DNA of 64,000 bases from NCBI GenBank assembly GCA_037927135.1, contig JAXSPP010000001.1, forward strand, positions 224,001 to 288,000. The letters run 5' to 3'. This DNA is from Candidatus Pampinifervens sinense (GTDB lineage Bacteria; Aquificota; Aquificia; Aquificales; Aquificaceae). Of this stretch, positions 1 through 9,681 are shown piece after piece (the stretch's first letter is position 1; each line of letters starts with the position of its first letter). Below the pieces are notes generated by a model that had not been told where the DNA came from, ran no database searches, and was given only the letters and a program-made list of their open reading frames with translations. The translations under genes and the position numbers were made by a program.

Positions 1-57
1 TATACCCCCTTTTTTGAAAAGATAGGCTAGGCTTACAGTTAAGAAGACCTCAAGCAT
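1..57 (-). CDS. 5' fragment of a membrane protein, possibly an AEC-family transporter (runs off the window)
   Basis: ATG at 57-55 overlaps the stop of the upstream ORF; reads MLEVFLTVSLAYLFKKGGI, a hydrophobic start. Confidence 0.4.
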   Translation of the reverse strand, partial: MLEVFLTVSLAYLFKKGGI

Positions 58-991
58 GCAAAAAGCTTTCTATCTGTCTTCTTATTATGCCATAGGCTCC
101 AAGGTGCAATCTTAAAAACTTTTCAAGCCTGCCTATAGGTAATAGGTTTTGGGGAGACCTCTTATCCTGGAAAGCCTTGCTGGCAAAAAGGGGCAAAAGT
201 CCAGCGGACAAATCTGCAAGTCTCTTTACCTTTTCAAAGTTCTCCTGAGGAAAGATCTCCACCCTTGCAATGCCATGAAGACCTTCATAATCGTTCAGCT
301 TTACATACCAGGTAAGCTTATCCACTTTTTCCTTTTCTTCTTGCCTTTGTTGATAGTGTAGCTTTATTATCGGGCTCCTCTGGCCGGGCTTTAAAGAATA
401 AAGAAGGTTCAAATACCTTTTATCAAAGTACAGTCTTTTTATGCTCTTTACAAATCCCAAGGCGGGTGTATTCCTAAGCTTGTAGCTAAGCGTTCCATCA
501 CAAAGGATTAAATCTTCTGGAAATTTCTTGAGAGCTTGTAGGGCTATGCTGGCTTCCAGCTCCTCCCTCATGTACCTGTTTATCTCAACAGATATTTCCC
601 CATTTACAGGAAAAGGCCTGAAGTTGAGAAGGCTTTGAAGCAGAAAACTTCCCCTGAAAGCCATCAACCTTTCTACAGTGCTCAGGATCAGAGACTCCTC
701 CACATGGTTTAACCTTCCATACTCTACCCTTAAAGCACCAGCACCTAAAGAAACAAAGGCTCCTTCGGAGCTCTCACCAGTCTCCTCATCCCTTATATAC
801 ACCAAACACTCCGTCCTTCTAACACCGTCTATAAAGATCAGGCTAAAAAATCCTTCAGGCTTTACACCATCATAAACCTTTGGCTCTTCTGCAAAATCTA
901 AAAACTGTTCGGACTCTTCCACCTCAACCTGCTCTATCTCCACAGGCTGTTGGGGGCTTAGGGATATGCTGTACCTTCCTAAAAGCTTCAT
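50..991 (-). CDS. NurA-like nuclease (RNase H-like fold)
   Basis: FIDGVRRTE, LCDGTL, GFVKS and D-x-RSPQNLLPIGRLE motifs typical of bacterial NurA-domain proteins. Confidence 0.7.
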   Translation of the reverse strand: MKLLGRYSISLSPQQPVEIEQVEVEESEQFLDFAEEPKVYDGVKPEGFFSLIFIDGVRRTECLVYIRDEETGESSEGAFVSLGAGALRVEYGRLNHVEESLILSTVERLMAFRGSFLLQSLLNFRPFPVNGEISVEINRYMREELEASIALQALKKFPEDLILCDGTLSYKLRNTPALGFVKSIKRLYFDKRYLNLLYSLKPGQRSPIIKLHYQQRQEEKEKVDKLTWYVKLNDYEGLHGIARVEIFPQENFEKVKRLADLSAGLLPLFASKAFQDKRSPQNLLPIGRLEKFLRLHLGAYGIIRRQIESFLHA

Positions 992-1991
992 GGCCTAACT
1001 CCTTAAGCTTTTCCACTATAAGGTATTTTAGTTTATCAAGGTTTTCACCCGTTATGGCCGAGATGGCCAAAAAGGGATAACCTCTGGAGCTAAACTCTTT
1101 TTCCAACAGACCTACATAGGATCTATCTGTGAGGGCATCCAGCTTAGTGCCCACCACTATCTGTGGCTTTTTTAGCAGGTCTTTGCTATAGCTTTCCATC
1201 TCTTTATTTACCACCTCAAAGGCTCTTATGGGATCTTCGCTCCTTCCATCAGAGATGTCTATAAGGTGCAAGATTAGCTTTGTCCTCTCTATGTGTCTTA
1301 GAAACTCATGACCAAGACCTCTTCCTTGACTTGCACCTTCTATAAGCCCGGGTATATCTGCAAGGACAACCTGAGTTTCTTCATCCACTTCCATTACACC
1401 CAAAACGGGCGAAAGGGTTGTAAAGGGATAATCCGCTATCTTTGGCCTTGCCTTTGTAAGCCTTGATATGAGAGTAGATTTCCCCGCGTTTGGAAGGCCA
1501 ACAAGACCCACATCGGCTATAAGCTTTAGCTCAAGTATGAGCCATTTTTCCTCTCCCTTTTCTCCCTTCTCCGCATACCTGGGCGTTTGATTTGTAGGCG
1601 TAGCAAAGCGAGCATTTCCCCTTCCACCCCTTCCACCCCTTGCCACTACACACCTCTGACCATCCTCCACAAGATCGCATATCACCTGTCCCGTTTCCGC
1701 ATCTATAACTACAGTGCCCACAGGCACATAGATGATGAGATCTTCACCGTTTTTACCATGCTGGTTTTTACCCTTTCCATGTTCTCCTCTTTGTGCTCTA
1801 AAGTGTGCCTGAAATTTAAAGTCGTAAAGGGTATGTTTACGGCTTGTGGCCACCAAGATAACATCTCCACCCTTTCCCCCATCACCACCCGCTGGTCCAC
1901 CAAAGGGCCTATACTTCTCCCTTAAGAAGGCTACAGCACCATCTCCACCATCTCCAGCCTTGACATAGATCTTTACCCTATCAACGAACAT
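924..1991 (-). CDS. obgE: GTPase ObgE/CgtA
   Basis: MFVDRVKIYVKAGDGGDG Gly-rich Obg domain; GLPNAGKST, YPFTT, DIPG. Confidence 0.97.
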   Translation of the reverse strand: MFVDRVKIYVKAGDGGDGAVAFLREKYRPFGGPAGGDGGKGGDVILVATSRKHTLYDFKFQAHFRAQRGEHGKGKNQHGKNGEDLIIYVPVGTVVIDAETGQVICDLVEDGQRCVVARGGRGGRGNARFATPTNQTPRYAEKGEKGEEKWLILELKLIADVGLVGLPNAGKSTLISRLTKARPKIADYPFTTLSPVLGVMEVDEETQVVLADIPGLIEGASQGRGLGHEFLRHIERTKLILHLIDISDGRSEDPIRAFEVVNKEMESYSKDLLKKPQIVVGTKLDALTDRSYVGLLEKEFSSRGYPFLAISAITGENLDKLKYLIVEKLKELGHEAFRKVQHIPKPPTACGDRAG

Positions 1992-2004
1992 AAAGTTAAG
2001 TATA

Positions 2005-2013
2005 TGCTATAAT
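2005..2013 (+). promoter_or_regulatory. Extended -10 promoter (TGcTATAAT) 7 nt before ATG, leaderless-type
   Basis: TGCTATAAT at 2005-2013, ATG at 2021, no SD. Confidence 0.6.
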
Positions 2014-2020
2014 TGAAGGC

Positions 2021-2656
2021 ATGAAAAGAGCGATGCTATACCTATTAGCAGTTCTAAGCCTTTTTAGCACTTCTTATGCCCAGCAGGCAAACATCTTCCT
2101 CACACCAGAGAGGGCAAACGCCCGCATAAACGCCAGCGTGGAGATAGCAAAACTACTCAAGGCTATGGGCTATAACCGCATAGCGGTGGTGTATATGGAG
2201 AGTGCAGACCTTTGTGCCCTCTTTGCTGCTTCTTTAGTGGCATCTTTGAAAAGCCTCGGGATAGAAGCCTACTATGTGAAGGGTGGTGAGGGTTTGGAAA
2301 ACAGGCTAAAGCTAATAGAGCCTTTTTATGTCTACATGGCCTACTACGGAGAAAGACCCCATGAGGAAGTGCAATCTCAACTCAACCAAGACCTTAAAAG
2401 AGTACTTGCATATAATCCAAAACCAAGCCTCATACTTCAGGCTCCGCTGCTTGGCTTTGGCTTTGTGAGCGGTCTGCTGGCAGACGAAGAGCTATCTTCC
2501 AAGCTTGAAAACCTCCCCATGCTAAGCTTTGTCTTTGAGGAAGGAAAGCCAAAGCCCGCAAGGGTAGTTATTAAGGACTTTGAAGTAAAGGTTTCCATCT
2601 TGGAACCGAAGCCTTCTGAAACCAAACCTACTAAGACCCAAAGAAGAAAGAAGTGA
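2021..2656 (+). CDS. Secreted hypothetical protein
   Basis: 211-aa ORF with signal peptide (MKRAMLYLLAVLSLFSTSYA); stop overlaps the next start (GTGA). Confidence 0.75.
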   Translation: MKRAMLYLLAVLSLFSTSYAQQANIFLTPERANARINASVEIAKLLKAMGYNRIAVVYMESADLCALFAASLVASLKSLGIEAYYVKGGEGLENRLKLIEPFYVYMAYYGERPHEEVQSQLNQDLKRVLAYNPKPSLILQAPLLGFGFVSGLLADEELSSKLENLPMLSFVFEEGKPKPARVVIKDFEVKVSILEPKPSETKPTKTQRRKK

Positions 2657-3528
2657 AACTGCTTATACTTTTAGCTTTCATCTCCCTCTCCTTTTCTCAA
2701 GAGAAGCTTTTCCATCTTATGGGTACCTATGCACTCATAGAACTCCCAGAGGGCAAAGAATACCAGGCCTATAGGTATATGAGAAGCCTTGAGGAGAAGC
2801 TATCAGACTATATGGAAAACTCGGAGATATTAAGGATAAATAAGAGTGCTGGCCTTGGCTGTGAAAAGGCCTCAGAGGAGACCCTTGAGGTGATCAAAAA
2901 AGCCCTTGAAATCTCTAAAAAAACCTATGGCTTTTTTGATATAACGGTTGGTGCCTACACCATAAACTACAGAAGGAAAGGGCTAATAGGTGAAGAGGAG
3001 GCAAAAAGGCTAATAGACTACAGAAAGGTAAAAGTAGAAGATGATAGGGTTTGTCTTTTGGAGAAGGGTATGGCCATAGACCTTGGGGGCATAGGTAAAG
3101 GTTATGCAGTGCAAAAGGTCTATGAGAGGTTTAAAACACCTTGGGGCTTTATCTCCATAGCTGGAGACCTAAGGGTGTGGGGCCACAAAAGGCTTCTTGC
3201 CATCTTTAACCCTATAAACAACAGCCTTCTTGCCGAAGGCTACAACTCAAAGGACCTGTGCCTTTCCACTGGAGGCAACTACCTTAGAAAACACATAATA
3301 GGAAAGGAAAACAGCCTTCTTCAGGCAACGGTGGCATACCACGATTGCACCATAACGGACGCCTTAGAGACAGCCCTATTGGCAATGGACGATGAGAGCA
3401 GAGAAAGGTTCATAAGAGAAAACCCACATATAGGAGTGTTCTTGCTTTTTAAAGATGGAAGCTTTTTTATAAACAGGGCCTTTATGGAATACTTTGAAAG
3501 CCTTAAGATATACCCAGCAAGTCCTTAA
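2653..3528 (+). CDS. apbE: FAD:protein FMN transferase ApbE
   Basis: MGT, FDITVGA, IDLGGIGKGYA, STGGNY motifs; signal peptide. Confidence 0.88.
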   Translation: MKLLILLAFISLSFSQEKLFHLMGTYALIELPEGKEYQAYRYMRSLEEKLSDYMENSEILRINKSAGLGCEKASEETLEVIKKALEISKKTYGFFDITVGAYTINYRRKGLIGEEEAKRLIDYRKVKVEDDRVCLLEKGMAIDLGGIGKGYAVQKVYERFKTPWGFISIAGDLRVWGHKRLLAIFNPINNSLLAEGYNSKDLCLSTGGNYLRKHIIGKENSLLQATVAYHDCTITDALETALLAMDDESRERFIRENPHIGVFLLFKDGSFFINRAFMEYFESLKIYPASP

Positions 3529-4609
3529 AAAGCTCCTCATACTTATCCACAGTCCTTTCTATGGAATATTGCTGTGCCGTCTCTATGGCTCTCTTTGAAA
3601 GTCTTTCCCTTTCCTCCTCCGAAAGGTCAAGGGCCCTTTTTAACCTATCCACAAAGCCCTCAAGGTCTCCCACATCTACCGCAAAGCCATTTTCTCCATC
3701 CTTCAAGTAATCCCTTATACCACCCGCAAGAGTGGATATGACCACCTTACCGCAAGCCATAGCTTGAAGTAGGGCTCCAGCAATACCCTCAAAGTAGGAG
3801 GAAAAGACAAAGTAATCCGCCATGTTGAGGAGTTCTGGCACATCCTCTCTAAAGCCAAGGCCTATAAGCCTTTCACCAAGGCCGTACCTTTGGGCATACT
3901 TGGGCGCTTCTTTGTCTGTATTTATGCCTACCAGAAGGAGAAGGCACTGCGGGCAGTTTAGCCTACGAAAGGCTTCTATAAGAAAAGGCTGGCCCTTATG
4001 TTGTGGGTTCCAGTTAGCCACGTTTATAAAGACCTTTTTGTTTGGGTCTATACCAAGCTCCCTTCTCTTTGCCAAAGCCATCTCCTTACCCATAGGCTTG
4101 AACCTACTAAGGTCAAGACCGCTTGGTATATAAACCAGCTTCTCTGGAAAAAAGCCATCTTCTTTTAACCTTTCAAAGGTTGCCCTATCAACCACCACTA
4201 TCCTATCCGCAAAAGAATACTTGAAAAGCTTGGAAAAAAAGTTGGACCCTCTTCCAGTCCTTTTGTAGGCCACAAGCTTTGGCTTAGTTTTAAGAAAACT
4301 CATGGCAGTCCTTACAAAATCAAGGGCATGTGGAGAATTGGCTATCACTATGTCAAAGTTCTCCTCTCTCATTATCTTCCAAAGCCTGTAGTAGTTAAAA
4401 GGGTGAAACCTTGAGAGTTTATTATGGTTCTCAAAAAAATGAAGCTTTACATCATAACCCTTTAACTTGCTTACCATAAGGTCATACTGGAAGGAGAGGG
4501 CCATATGAACCCTAAAGCCCCTTTTGGATAGCTCCCTTGTTATGAGGTAGGTCTGCTCCTTTGTGCCGCCCCAACCTACACCGTCCACCACTTGCAGTAG
4601 CTTAACCAT
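3503..4609 (-). CDS. Glycosyltransferase family 4 (GT-B)
   Basis: GFREDV, FVFSSYFEGIAGALLQAMACG motifs; likely start MVKLL at 4609, overlapping the terC stop. Confidence 0.88.
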   Translation of the reverse strand: MVKLLQVVDGVGWGGTKEQTYLITRELSKRGFRVHMALSFQYDLMVSKLKGYDVKLHFFENHNKLSRFHPFNYYRLWKIMREENFDIVIANSPHALDFVRTAMSFLKTKPKLVAYKRTGRGSNFFSKLFKYSFADRIVVVDRATFERLKEDGFFPEKLVYIPSGLDLSRFKPMGKEMALAKRRELGIDPNKKVFINVANWNPQHKGQPFLIEAFRRLNCPQCLLLLVGINTDKEAPKYAQRYGLGERLIGLGFREDVPELLNMADYFVFSSYFEGIAGALLQAMACGKVVISTLAGGIRDYLKDGENGFAVDVGDLEGFVDRLKRALDLSEEERERLSKRAIETAQQYSIERTVDKYEELFKDLLGIS

Positions 4610-5513
4610 CCACCTTCTTTTTGACCACCAAAGAGGCCACTGCGGATACAAAGATGGCACTACCAATCAAAAGTAAGGAGACCTCTGCGGGTATCTTATA
4701 AAAGTCTGAGAGGATCATCTTTACACCGATAAATCCAAGGATAAAGGAAAGGCCGTAGTGTAGGTAGTGGAAAAGGGGCAGAATGCCTGCGGCGGCAAAG
4801 TAAAGGGATCTGAGGCCCAGTATGGCAAAGATGTTGGAAGTGTATACCACAAAGGGGTCTCTTGATATGGCTAATATGGCGGGCACCGAATCTATGGCAA
4901 ACATAATATCTGAACTTTCTACAAAGAGAAGGGCAAGGAACAATGGAGTGGCATAAATCTTTTTGCCTTCCCTTATGAAAAACTTACCATCTGCGCTGTT
5001 AGGCCTTAGAGGAATGACCCTCTTGGCTATCCTATAAACAAGGGTTTCCTCCGGGTGAAACTCCTTCTCCTCCGTGGTCAAAAGCTTTATAGCTGATATG
5101 ATAAGTATTATTCCAAAGACGTAGACCATCCAATGAAAGTGTTTTATCAGCTCAAGACCTGTAAAGATGAAGATGGCTCTAAAGACTATGGCACCCAAAA
5201 CGCCCCAAAAGAGGACCTTATGCCTATATTCTTCCGGTATCTTAAAATAGGAGAAGATAAGTATAAAGACAAAGATGTTGTCAAGGCTCAAAGACTTTTC
5301 AAGGAGGTAGCCAGTAAGGTATTCTACCGTTCTGTCATAGCCCCTTGTATAATACACAAAACCTGCAAAGGCAAGCCCAATGGCTATCCAAAAGGCGGAA
5401 AGCCATAGAGACTCCTTTATGGATATCTTGTGAGGATGTCTATGAAAGACAAAAAGGTCCAAAAAGAGGGCGACAAGCACCACAGTTCCAAAGACAAGCC
5501 AGCTTAGCTCCAT
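4602..5513 (-). CDS. TerC/Alx family membrane protein
   Basis: YLLEKSLSLDNIFVF, DIMFAIDSVPA, SNIFAILGLRSLYF motifs. Confidence 0.92.
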   Translation of the reverse strand: MELSWLVFGTVVLVALFLDLFVFHRHPHKISIKESLWLSAFWIAIGLAFAGFVYYTRGYDRTVEYLTGYLLEKSLSLDNIFVFILIFSYFKIPEEYRHKVLFWGVLGAIVFRAIFIFTGLELIKHFHWMVYVFGIILIISAIKLLTTEEKEFHPEETLVYRIAKRVIPLRPNSADGKFFIREGKKIYATPLFLALLFVESSDIMFAIDSVPAILAISRDPFVVYTSNIFAILGLRSLYFAAAGILPLFHYLHYGLSFILGFIGVKMILSDFYKIPAEVSLLLIGSAIFVSAVASLVVKKKVDG

Positions 5514-5521
5514 GCTCTCAA

Positions 5522-6466
5522 TTATACCACGCTACTCTTTATAAAGTCTATGACCCTTACTGGCAATGGGTCCTGCCCATATAGCTCCGCCAAGTAAAGG
5601 CTTGTCCAATCGCCAAGATAGGTAAGATAAAGAAGTCTTTCCATTAAATTCTGCCCTTCTCCTTCTATAACCTTTAGAACCACTCCCAGCTCTTTAAAAA
5701 TAGACTCTGTTATCTCAACCCTTTTTATCACCCTTGGATGATCCTGTGGGTCATAGAGTAAAAGAAAGCTACATAGGCTCCTTATCTGCGGGTTGTCTAG
5801 GCCCACCACCTCGTTATGATGCATCTCTGGAAGACAGGCGTTATAACAGAGGGTTTTTGAATTTTCGTTTATCTGGGTCTTCCACCTAAAGGCCACTGGC
5901 TCTGTAAGGGGTGTGCCATAAACCACGGGAAGGTAAGAAAAGAAAGATTGGGCTATGCCCTTTGCCTCCGACTTTATCCTTTCCTTCTGTGCTTTAAGAT
6001 GCTCTCCTATTCTTTCTACCTCTTCCTTCATTCCAAAAAGGCACATAAGGGCAGAAAGCATAAAGCCAAGGGCATACCTTGGTGCGTACCCTGTGGGCAA
6101 AGGAATATGCATTAGACCTTCCCTTTGGGCTATCTCCTTTATCTTTCCACCCGAGCTTACACATATAGGTTTTAGACCCTTTTTTAAAGCCTCCTCAAGC
6201 ACGCTTATGGTCTCTTCCGTGTTTCCACTGTAGCTTGTGCAAACCAGCAACCAACCTTTTTTAATAAAGGGTGGAAGCTCATAACCCCTTAGGGAAAGCA
6301 CAGGCCTGTCTGTTTTCAAAAAGGTTCTCATAAAGTCCCCCACTATGCCAGACCCTCCCATGCCACTGAAGGCCACACCTTCATAATCTTCAAGGTTTAT
6401 AGTTTCGACCTCAACCACTTTAAACTGTTCTGGAAAGCTCTCCAGCATATCCAAGGCATCCATCAT
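5522..6466 (-). CDS. Bifunctional phosphoglucose/phosphomannose isomerase
   Basis: GMGGSG, SYSGNTEET, RWKTQINENSK, PEMHHNE; SD AGGAGG upstream. Confidence 0.92.
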   Translation of the reverse strand: MMDALDMLESFPEQFKVVEVETINLEDYEGVAFSGMGGSGIVGDFMRTFLKTDRPVLSLRGYELPPFIKKGWLLVCTSYSGNTEETISVLEEALKKGLKPICVSSGGKIKEIAQREGLMHIPLPTGYAPRYALGFMLSALMCLFGMKEEVERIGEHLKAQKERIKSEAKGIAQSFFSYLPVVYGTPLTEPVAFRWKTQINENSKTLCYNACLPEMHHNEVVGLDNPQIRSLCSFLLLYDPQDHPRVIKRVEITESIFKELGVVLKVIEGEGQNLMERLLYLTYLGDWTSLYLAELYGQDPLPVRVIDFIKSSVV

Positions 6467-6499
6467 CCTTGACCTCCTTTAATCTTTGCTAAAATTATA

Positions 6500-7378
6500 A
6501 TGGTGGTAAGTGTAATCATTCCACTCTATAACGGTGAGAGGTTTATTAGAAAAACTATACAATCTGTTTTAAATCAAACCTATAAAGATGTGGAAGTTGT
6601 TATAGTAGATGACTGTTCTACAGACAATTCTAAGGAAGTCATTTTTAATGAATTTGGTGATCTTATAGGGAAAAAGATAATTTATGTGAGAAACCAGAAA
6701 AATATGGAAAGGTCCTACACCAGAAATAAAGGCTTTGAAGTTAGCAAAGGGGAGTATATTTTCTTTTTGGATCAAGACGATGAATGGGAAGAAGACTACA
6801 TTGAAAGTTCTTTGAAAGAGCTTGAAAAACATCATATTGTATATTCTGTGCCAAGAACTTTTATAGATCAAGGCTCAAGGGTAATAAGAGTATCAAAGAA
6901 AAGGATTCCAGAGGACGTTGGGAAGTTAATATTCTCTGGCCAGATTGGCTATCCTTCCGCAAGCGCCTTTAGAAGGGAAGCTTTCTTAGGTTATAGAGAT
7001 GAGGCATCATACCGAGATGATTGGGAAATATACATAAGAAGCTATCTTTCTGGCCTAAAGATAAAGGTGCTTGATAACAACAAGGTTAGGATAAGGGAGC
7101 ATCCCTACAGGAGCAGTAAAAATATGAGAAAATTCTTCCTTGCCACTATGAAAGTTTATCAAGAATACAAAGAAAGGGTGCCTTTGGAGTATAAAAAGGA
7201 TTTTTTGTTTCATATGGCTGATATTAGCTTCCGTGCAGGAAACCTTCCCCTTGGCTGGAAGTTCTTTTTTGAATCTTTGAGCCTTGAGGTGATGAAAAAT
7301 CCGAGGAACATTCTTACCCTTCTGAAGCGCGGCTTTAGGATAGATAGGTATGTGGATTATTTGAGAGAGGGTATATAA
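6500..7378 (+). CDS. Glycosyltransferase family 2
   Basis: VSVIIPLYNGE, VDDCSTD, FLDQDD; AT-rich relative to flanks. Confidence 0.9.
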   Translation: MVVSVIIPLYNGERFIRKTIQSVLNQTYKDVEVVIVDDCSTDNSKEVIFNEFGDLIGKKIIYVRNQKNMERSYTRNKGFEVSKGEYIFFLDQDDEWEEDYIESSLKELEKHHIVYSVPRTFIDQGSRVIRVSKKRIPEDVGKLIFSGQIGYPSASAFRREAFLGYRDEASYRDDWEIYIRSYLSGLKIKVLDNNKVRIREHPYRSSKNMRKFFLATMKVYQEYKERVPLEYKKDFLFHMADISFRAGNLPLGWKFFFESLSLEVMKNPRNILTLLKRGFRIDRYVDYLREGI

Positions 7379-7386
7379 TTAAAACT

Positions 7387-7737
7387 ATGAAGAAATTTTT
7401 AGTCTTAGTATTCCTACTGGGATTTATTGCTTCCTCCTTTCCTCGTGAAACAAGTTTGGAGCTTAAGGTTGAACGATTTGATGTAAAGTTGGAAGAGGGC
7501 TTTAAGGCAGTCAATCAGAGAATGGATGATATGAATAAGAGGATTGACGATATAAATAGGAGGATTGACGATACAAACAAAAGGATTGATGACCTTCAGA
7601 CTATAATGCTTTGGGGCTTTGGTGTGCTTTTTAGCGGTATGGGAATTCTTATAGGTCTTGTAATTTGGGATAGAAGGACAGCCATTTCGCCCGTAGTTAA
7701 GAAGGCTAAAGACCTTAATCTTAAAATTGCCTTATAA
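7387..7737 (+). CDS. Small coiled-coil membrane-anchored protein (signal peptide, N-K/R-R-I-D-D heptads, TM helix); possibly truncated
   Basis: N-terminal hydrophobic signal, four heptads, TM segment MLWGFGVLFSGMGILIGLVIW. Confidence 0.65.
   Translation: MKKFLVLVFLLGFIASSFPRETSLELKVERFDVKLEEGFKAVNQRMDDMNKRIDDINRRIDDTNKRIDDLQTIMLWGFGVLFSGMGILIGLVIWDRRTAISPVVKKAKDLNLKIAL
7513..7596 (+). repeat. Four degenerate 21-bp tandem repeats encoding coiled-coil heptads
   Basis: aatcagagaatggatgatatg / aataagaggattgacgatata / aataggaggattgacgataca / aacaaaaggattgatgacctt. Confidence 0.85.
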
Positions 7738-7744
7738 TAGCTTT

Positions 7745-8920
7745 ATGCTTGCAAAGAGAGTCTCCCACATAAAGCCAGCGCCTACCCTTGCCCTCACAGC
7801 CAAAGTAAATCAGTTAAAAGCTCAAGGTGTGGATATAATAGGCTTTGGTGCCGGTGAGCCAGACTTTGACACACCAGACTTTATAAAGGAAGCCTGTATA
7901 AAGGCTTTAAAGGATGGCAAGACTAAATATGCGCCTTCCGCAGGCCTGCCTGAACTGAGAGAGGCCATCGCAGAAAAGCTTTTGAAGGAAAACTCCGTAG
8001 AGTATAAGCCTTCGGAGATTGTGGTAACAGCGGGTGCCAAGATGGCCCTCTTTTTGGTCATGCTTGCCGTCCTTGAAGAGGGAGATGAGGTATTGCTTCC
8101 CTCACCCTACTGGGTTAGCTACCCAGAGCAGATACTTTTATGTGGTGCCAAGGTGGTGGAAGTGCCGCTAAAGGAAGAGGAAGGCTTTGTGCTAAAAGCT
8201 GATATGCTAAAGGATTACATAACACCAAGGACCAAGATGCTAATACTCAACTCACCTTCCAACCCAACGGGTGCGGTGGTGCCGGAAGAAGAACAAAGAA
8301 AGATAGCCCAGCTTTGTCTTGAAAGGGGTATATTTTTGGTCTCCGATGAGTGCTACGAGGCCTTTCTCTACGATGGTGAGAGGTTTGTGAGCCCAGCCAG
8401 CTTTTCAAAGGAGGTAAGAGAAATTACTTTTACCATAAATGCCTTTTCAAAGACCTTTTCTATGACAGGCTGGAGGGTGGGATATGTGGCCTGCCCAGAA
8501 AAGTATGCCAAAGTGATAGCGGACCTAAACAGCCAAAGCATATCTAATGCCACCACCTTTGCCCAGTATGGGGCCCTAGAGGCCCTAAAAAACCCAAAAG
8601 CTAAGGAGTTTGTGGAGAATATGAGAAGGACCTTTGAAAGGCGAAGGGATCTAGCTTATGAACTTCTGAAGGAAATACCAAAGGTGAGCGTGGTAAAGCC
8701 CAAGGGGGCCTTTTATATATTTCCAAACCTCAAGGCCTACTCTGAGAAGCTTGGCTCCGACCTGAGGCTTGCGGACTACCTTATAGAAAAGGGAAGAGTT
8801 GCTGGCGTGCCAGGCTCTGCCTTTGGTGCAGAAGGATACTTGAGGCTTTCTTACTGTGTTTCAGAGGACCACATAAAGGAAGGCATAAAAAGGTTAGGAG
8901 AAGCCCTAGCCCTGCTTTAG
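7745..8920 (+). CDS. aspC: Aspartate aminotransferase (class I/II PLP)
   Basis: GAGEPDFDTP, NSPSNPTG, SDECY, FSKTFSMTGWRVG; start MLAKRV at 7745. Confidence 0.92.
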   Translation: MLAKRVSHIKPAPTLALTAKVNQLKAQGVDIIGFGAGEPDFDTPDFIKEACIKALKDGKTKYAPSAGLPELREAIAEKLLKENSVEYKPSEIVVTAGAKMALFLVMLAVLEEGDEVLLPSPYWVSYPEQILLCGAKVVEVPLKEEEGFVLKADMLKDYITPRTKMLILNSPSNPTGAVVPEEEQRKIAQLCLERGIFLVSDECYEAFLYDGERFVSPASFSKEVREITFTINAFSKTFSMTGWRVGYVACPEKYAKVIADLNSQSISNATTFAQYGALEALKNPKAKEFVENMRRTFERRRDLAYELLKEIPKVSVVKPKGAFYIFPNLKAYSEKLGSDLRLADYLIEKGRVAGVPGSAFGAEGYLRLSYCVSEDHIKEGIKRLGEALALL

Positions 8921-8938
8921 GTGCTATAATTAAATCTT

Positions 8939-9490
8939 ATGGAAGAAATGGAAAAGAAAGAGGAAGCTTTAGAACAGACAGCGGAAGCACCTGTAGAGGA
9001 TGAAAAGGATATTAGGATAAAGGAGCTGGAAGAGAAGGTTTTAAAGCTTGAGAATACCGCAAGGGTTATAAACCAAAGATACATGGAGCTTCAAAGGGAG
9101 ACAGAATACCTCAAGGAAAGATACAGGAGAGATCTTGAGGAGCTAAGAAAGTATGGCCATGAAAAGCTTGCCCTTGACCTCCTTGAGATAGTGGATAACT
9201 TTGAAAGGGCCTTCCAGTATGAGGGTACAGACTTGGAGGGCTTTAAAAGGGGCTTTGAACTCATATACAAAGAACTACTTAGAATACTGGAAAAGCATGG
9301 CATAAGGCCTATGGAACTGGAAGGGAAGGAGTTTGACCCATACCTTGCAGAGGCTGTGGATAAAGAATACAATCAAGATGTGCCACCCAATACTATAATA
9401 AGGGTTGAAAGGAAGGGCTATATGCTGTACGACAAGGTTTTAAGGCCCGCAAGGGTGGTAGTATCTTACTACGAAGAGGAAATTACCTGA
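8939..9490 (+). CDS. grpE: Nucleotide exchange factor GrpE
   Basis: LLEIVDNFERA, FDPYLAEAV, GYMLYDKVLRPARVVV. Confidence 0.95.
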   Translation: MEEMEKKEEALEQTAEAPVEDEKDIRIKELEEKVLKLENTARVINQRYMELQRETEYLKERYRRDLEELRKYGHEKLALDLLEIVDNFERAFQYEGTDLEGFKRGFELIYKELLRILEKHGIRPMELEGKEFDPYLAEAVDKEYNQDVPPNTIIRVERKGYMLYDKVLRPARVVVSYYEEEIT

Positions 9491-9681
9491 TGGAGCTAAG
9501 ATTTAAGGATTTTTATAGAAAGCTTACACCTTTTAAGGATGAGAGTATGGAACAGCTCCTTGAGGAGCAGGTAAACCAATGGATAAAACTGAATAAGCCT
9601 AAGATAGTCAGCGTGGAAACCCTTTGGGAAAGGAATTCGCATGTCTCGGTGGGGATAAGGATATGGTATATCCAGGAATAA
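9490..9681 (+). CDS. Small hypothetical protein (63 aa)
   Basis: TGATG coupling to grpE, GAGGA upstream, host-like codons. Confidence 0.65.
   Translation: MELRFKDFYRKLTPFKDESMEQLLEEQVNQWIKLNKPKIVSVETLWERNSHVSVGIRIWYIQE

Noticed and set aside
2021-2656. Secreted protein as the ApbE flavinylation substrate
   Set aside because: No [S/T]GA[S/T] flavinylation motif in the sequence
4602-5513. TerC as part of a ter-type defence/stress locus with the DUF499 operon
   Set aside because: Stand-alone Alx-type TerC 10 kb away, with no other ter genes
7513-7596. Repeat as a CRISPR array
   Set aside because: Tandem in-frame coding heptads without spacers; no cas genes in the window
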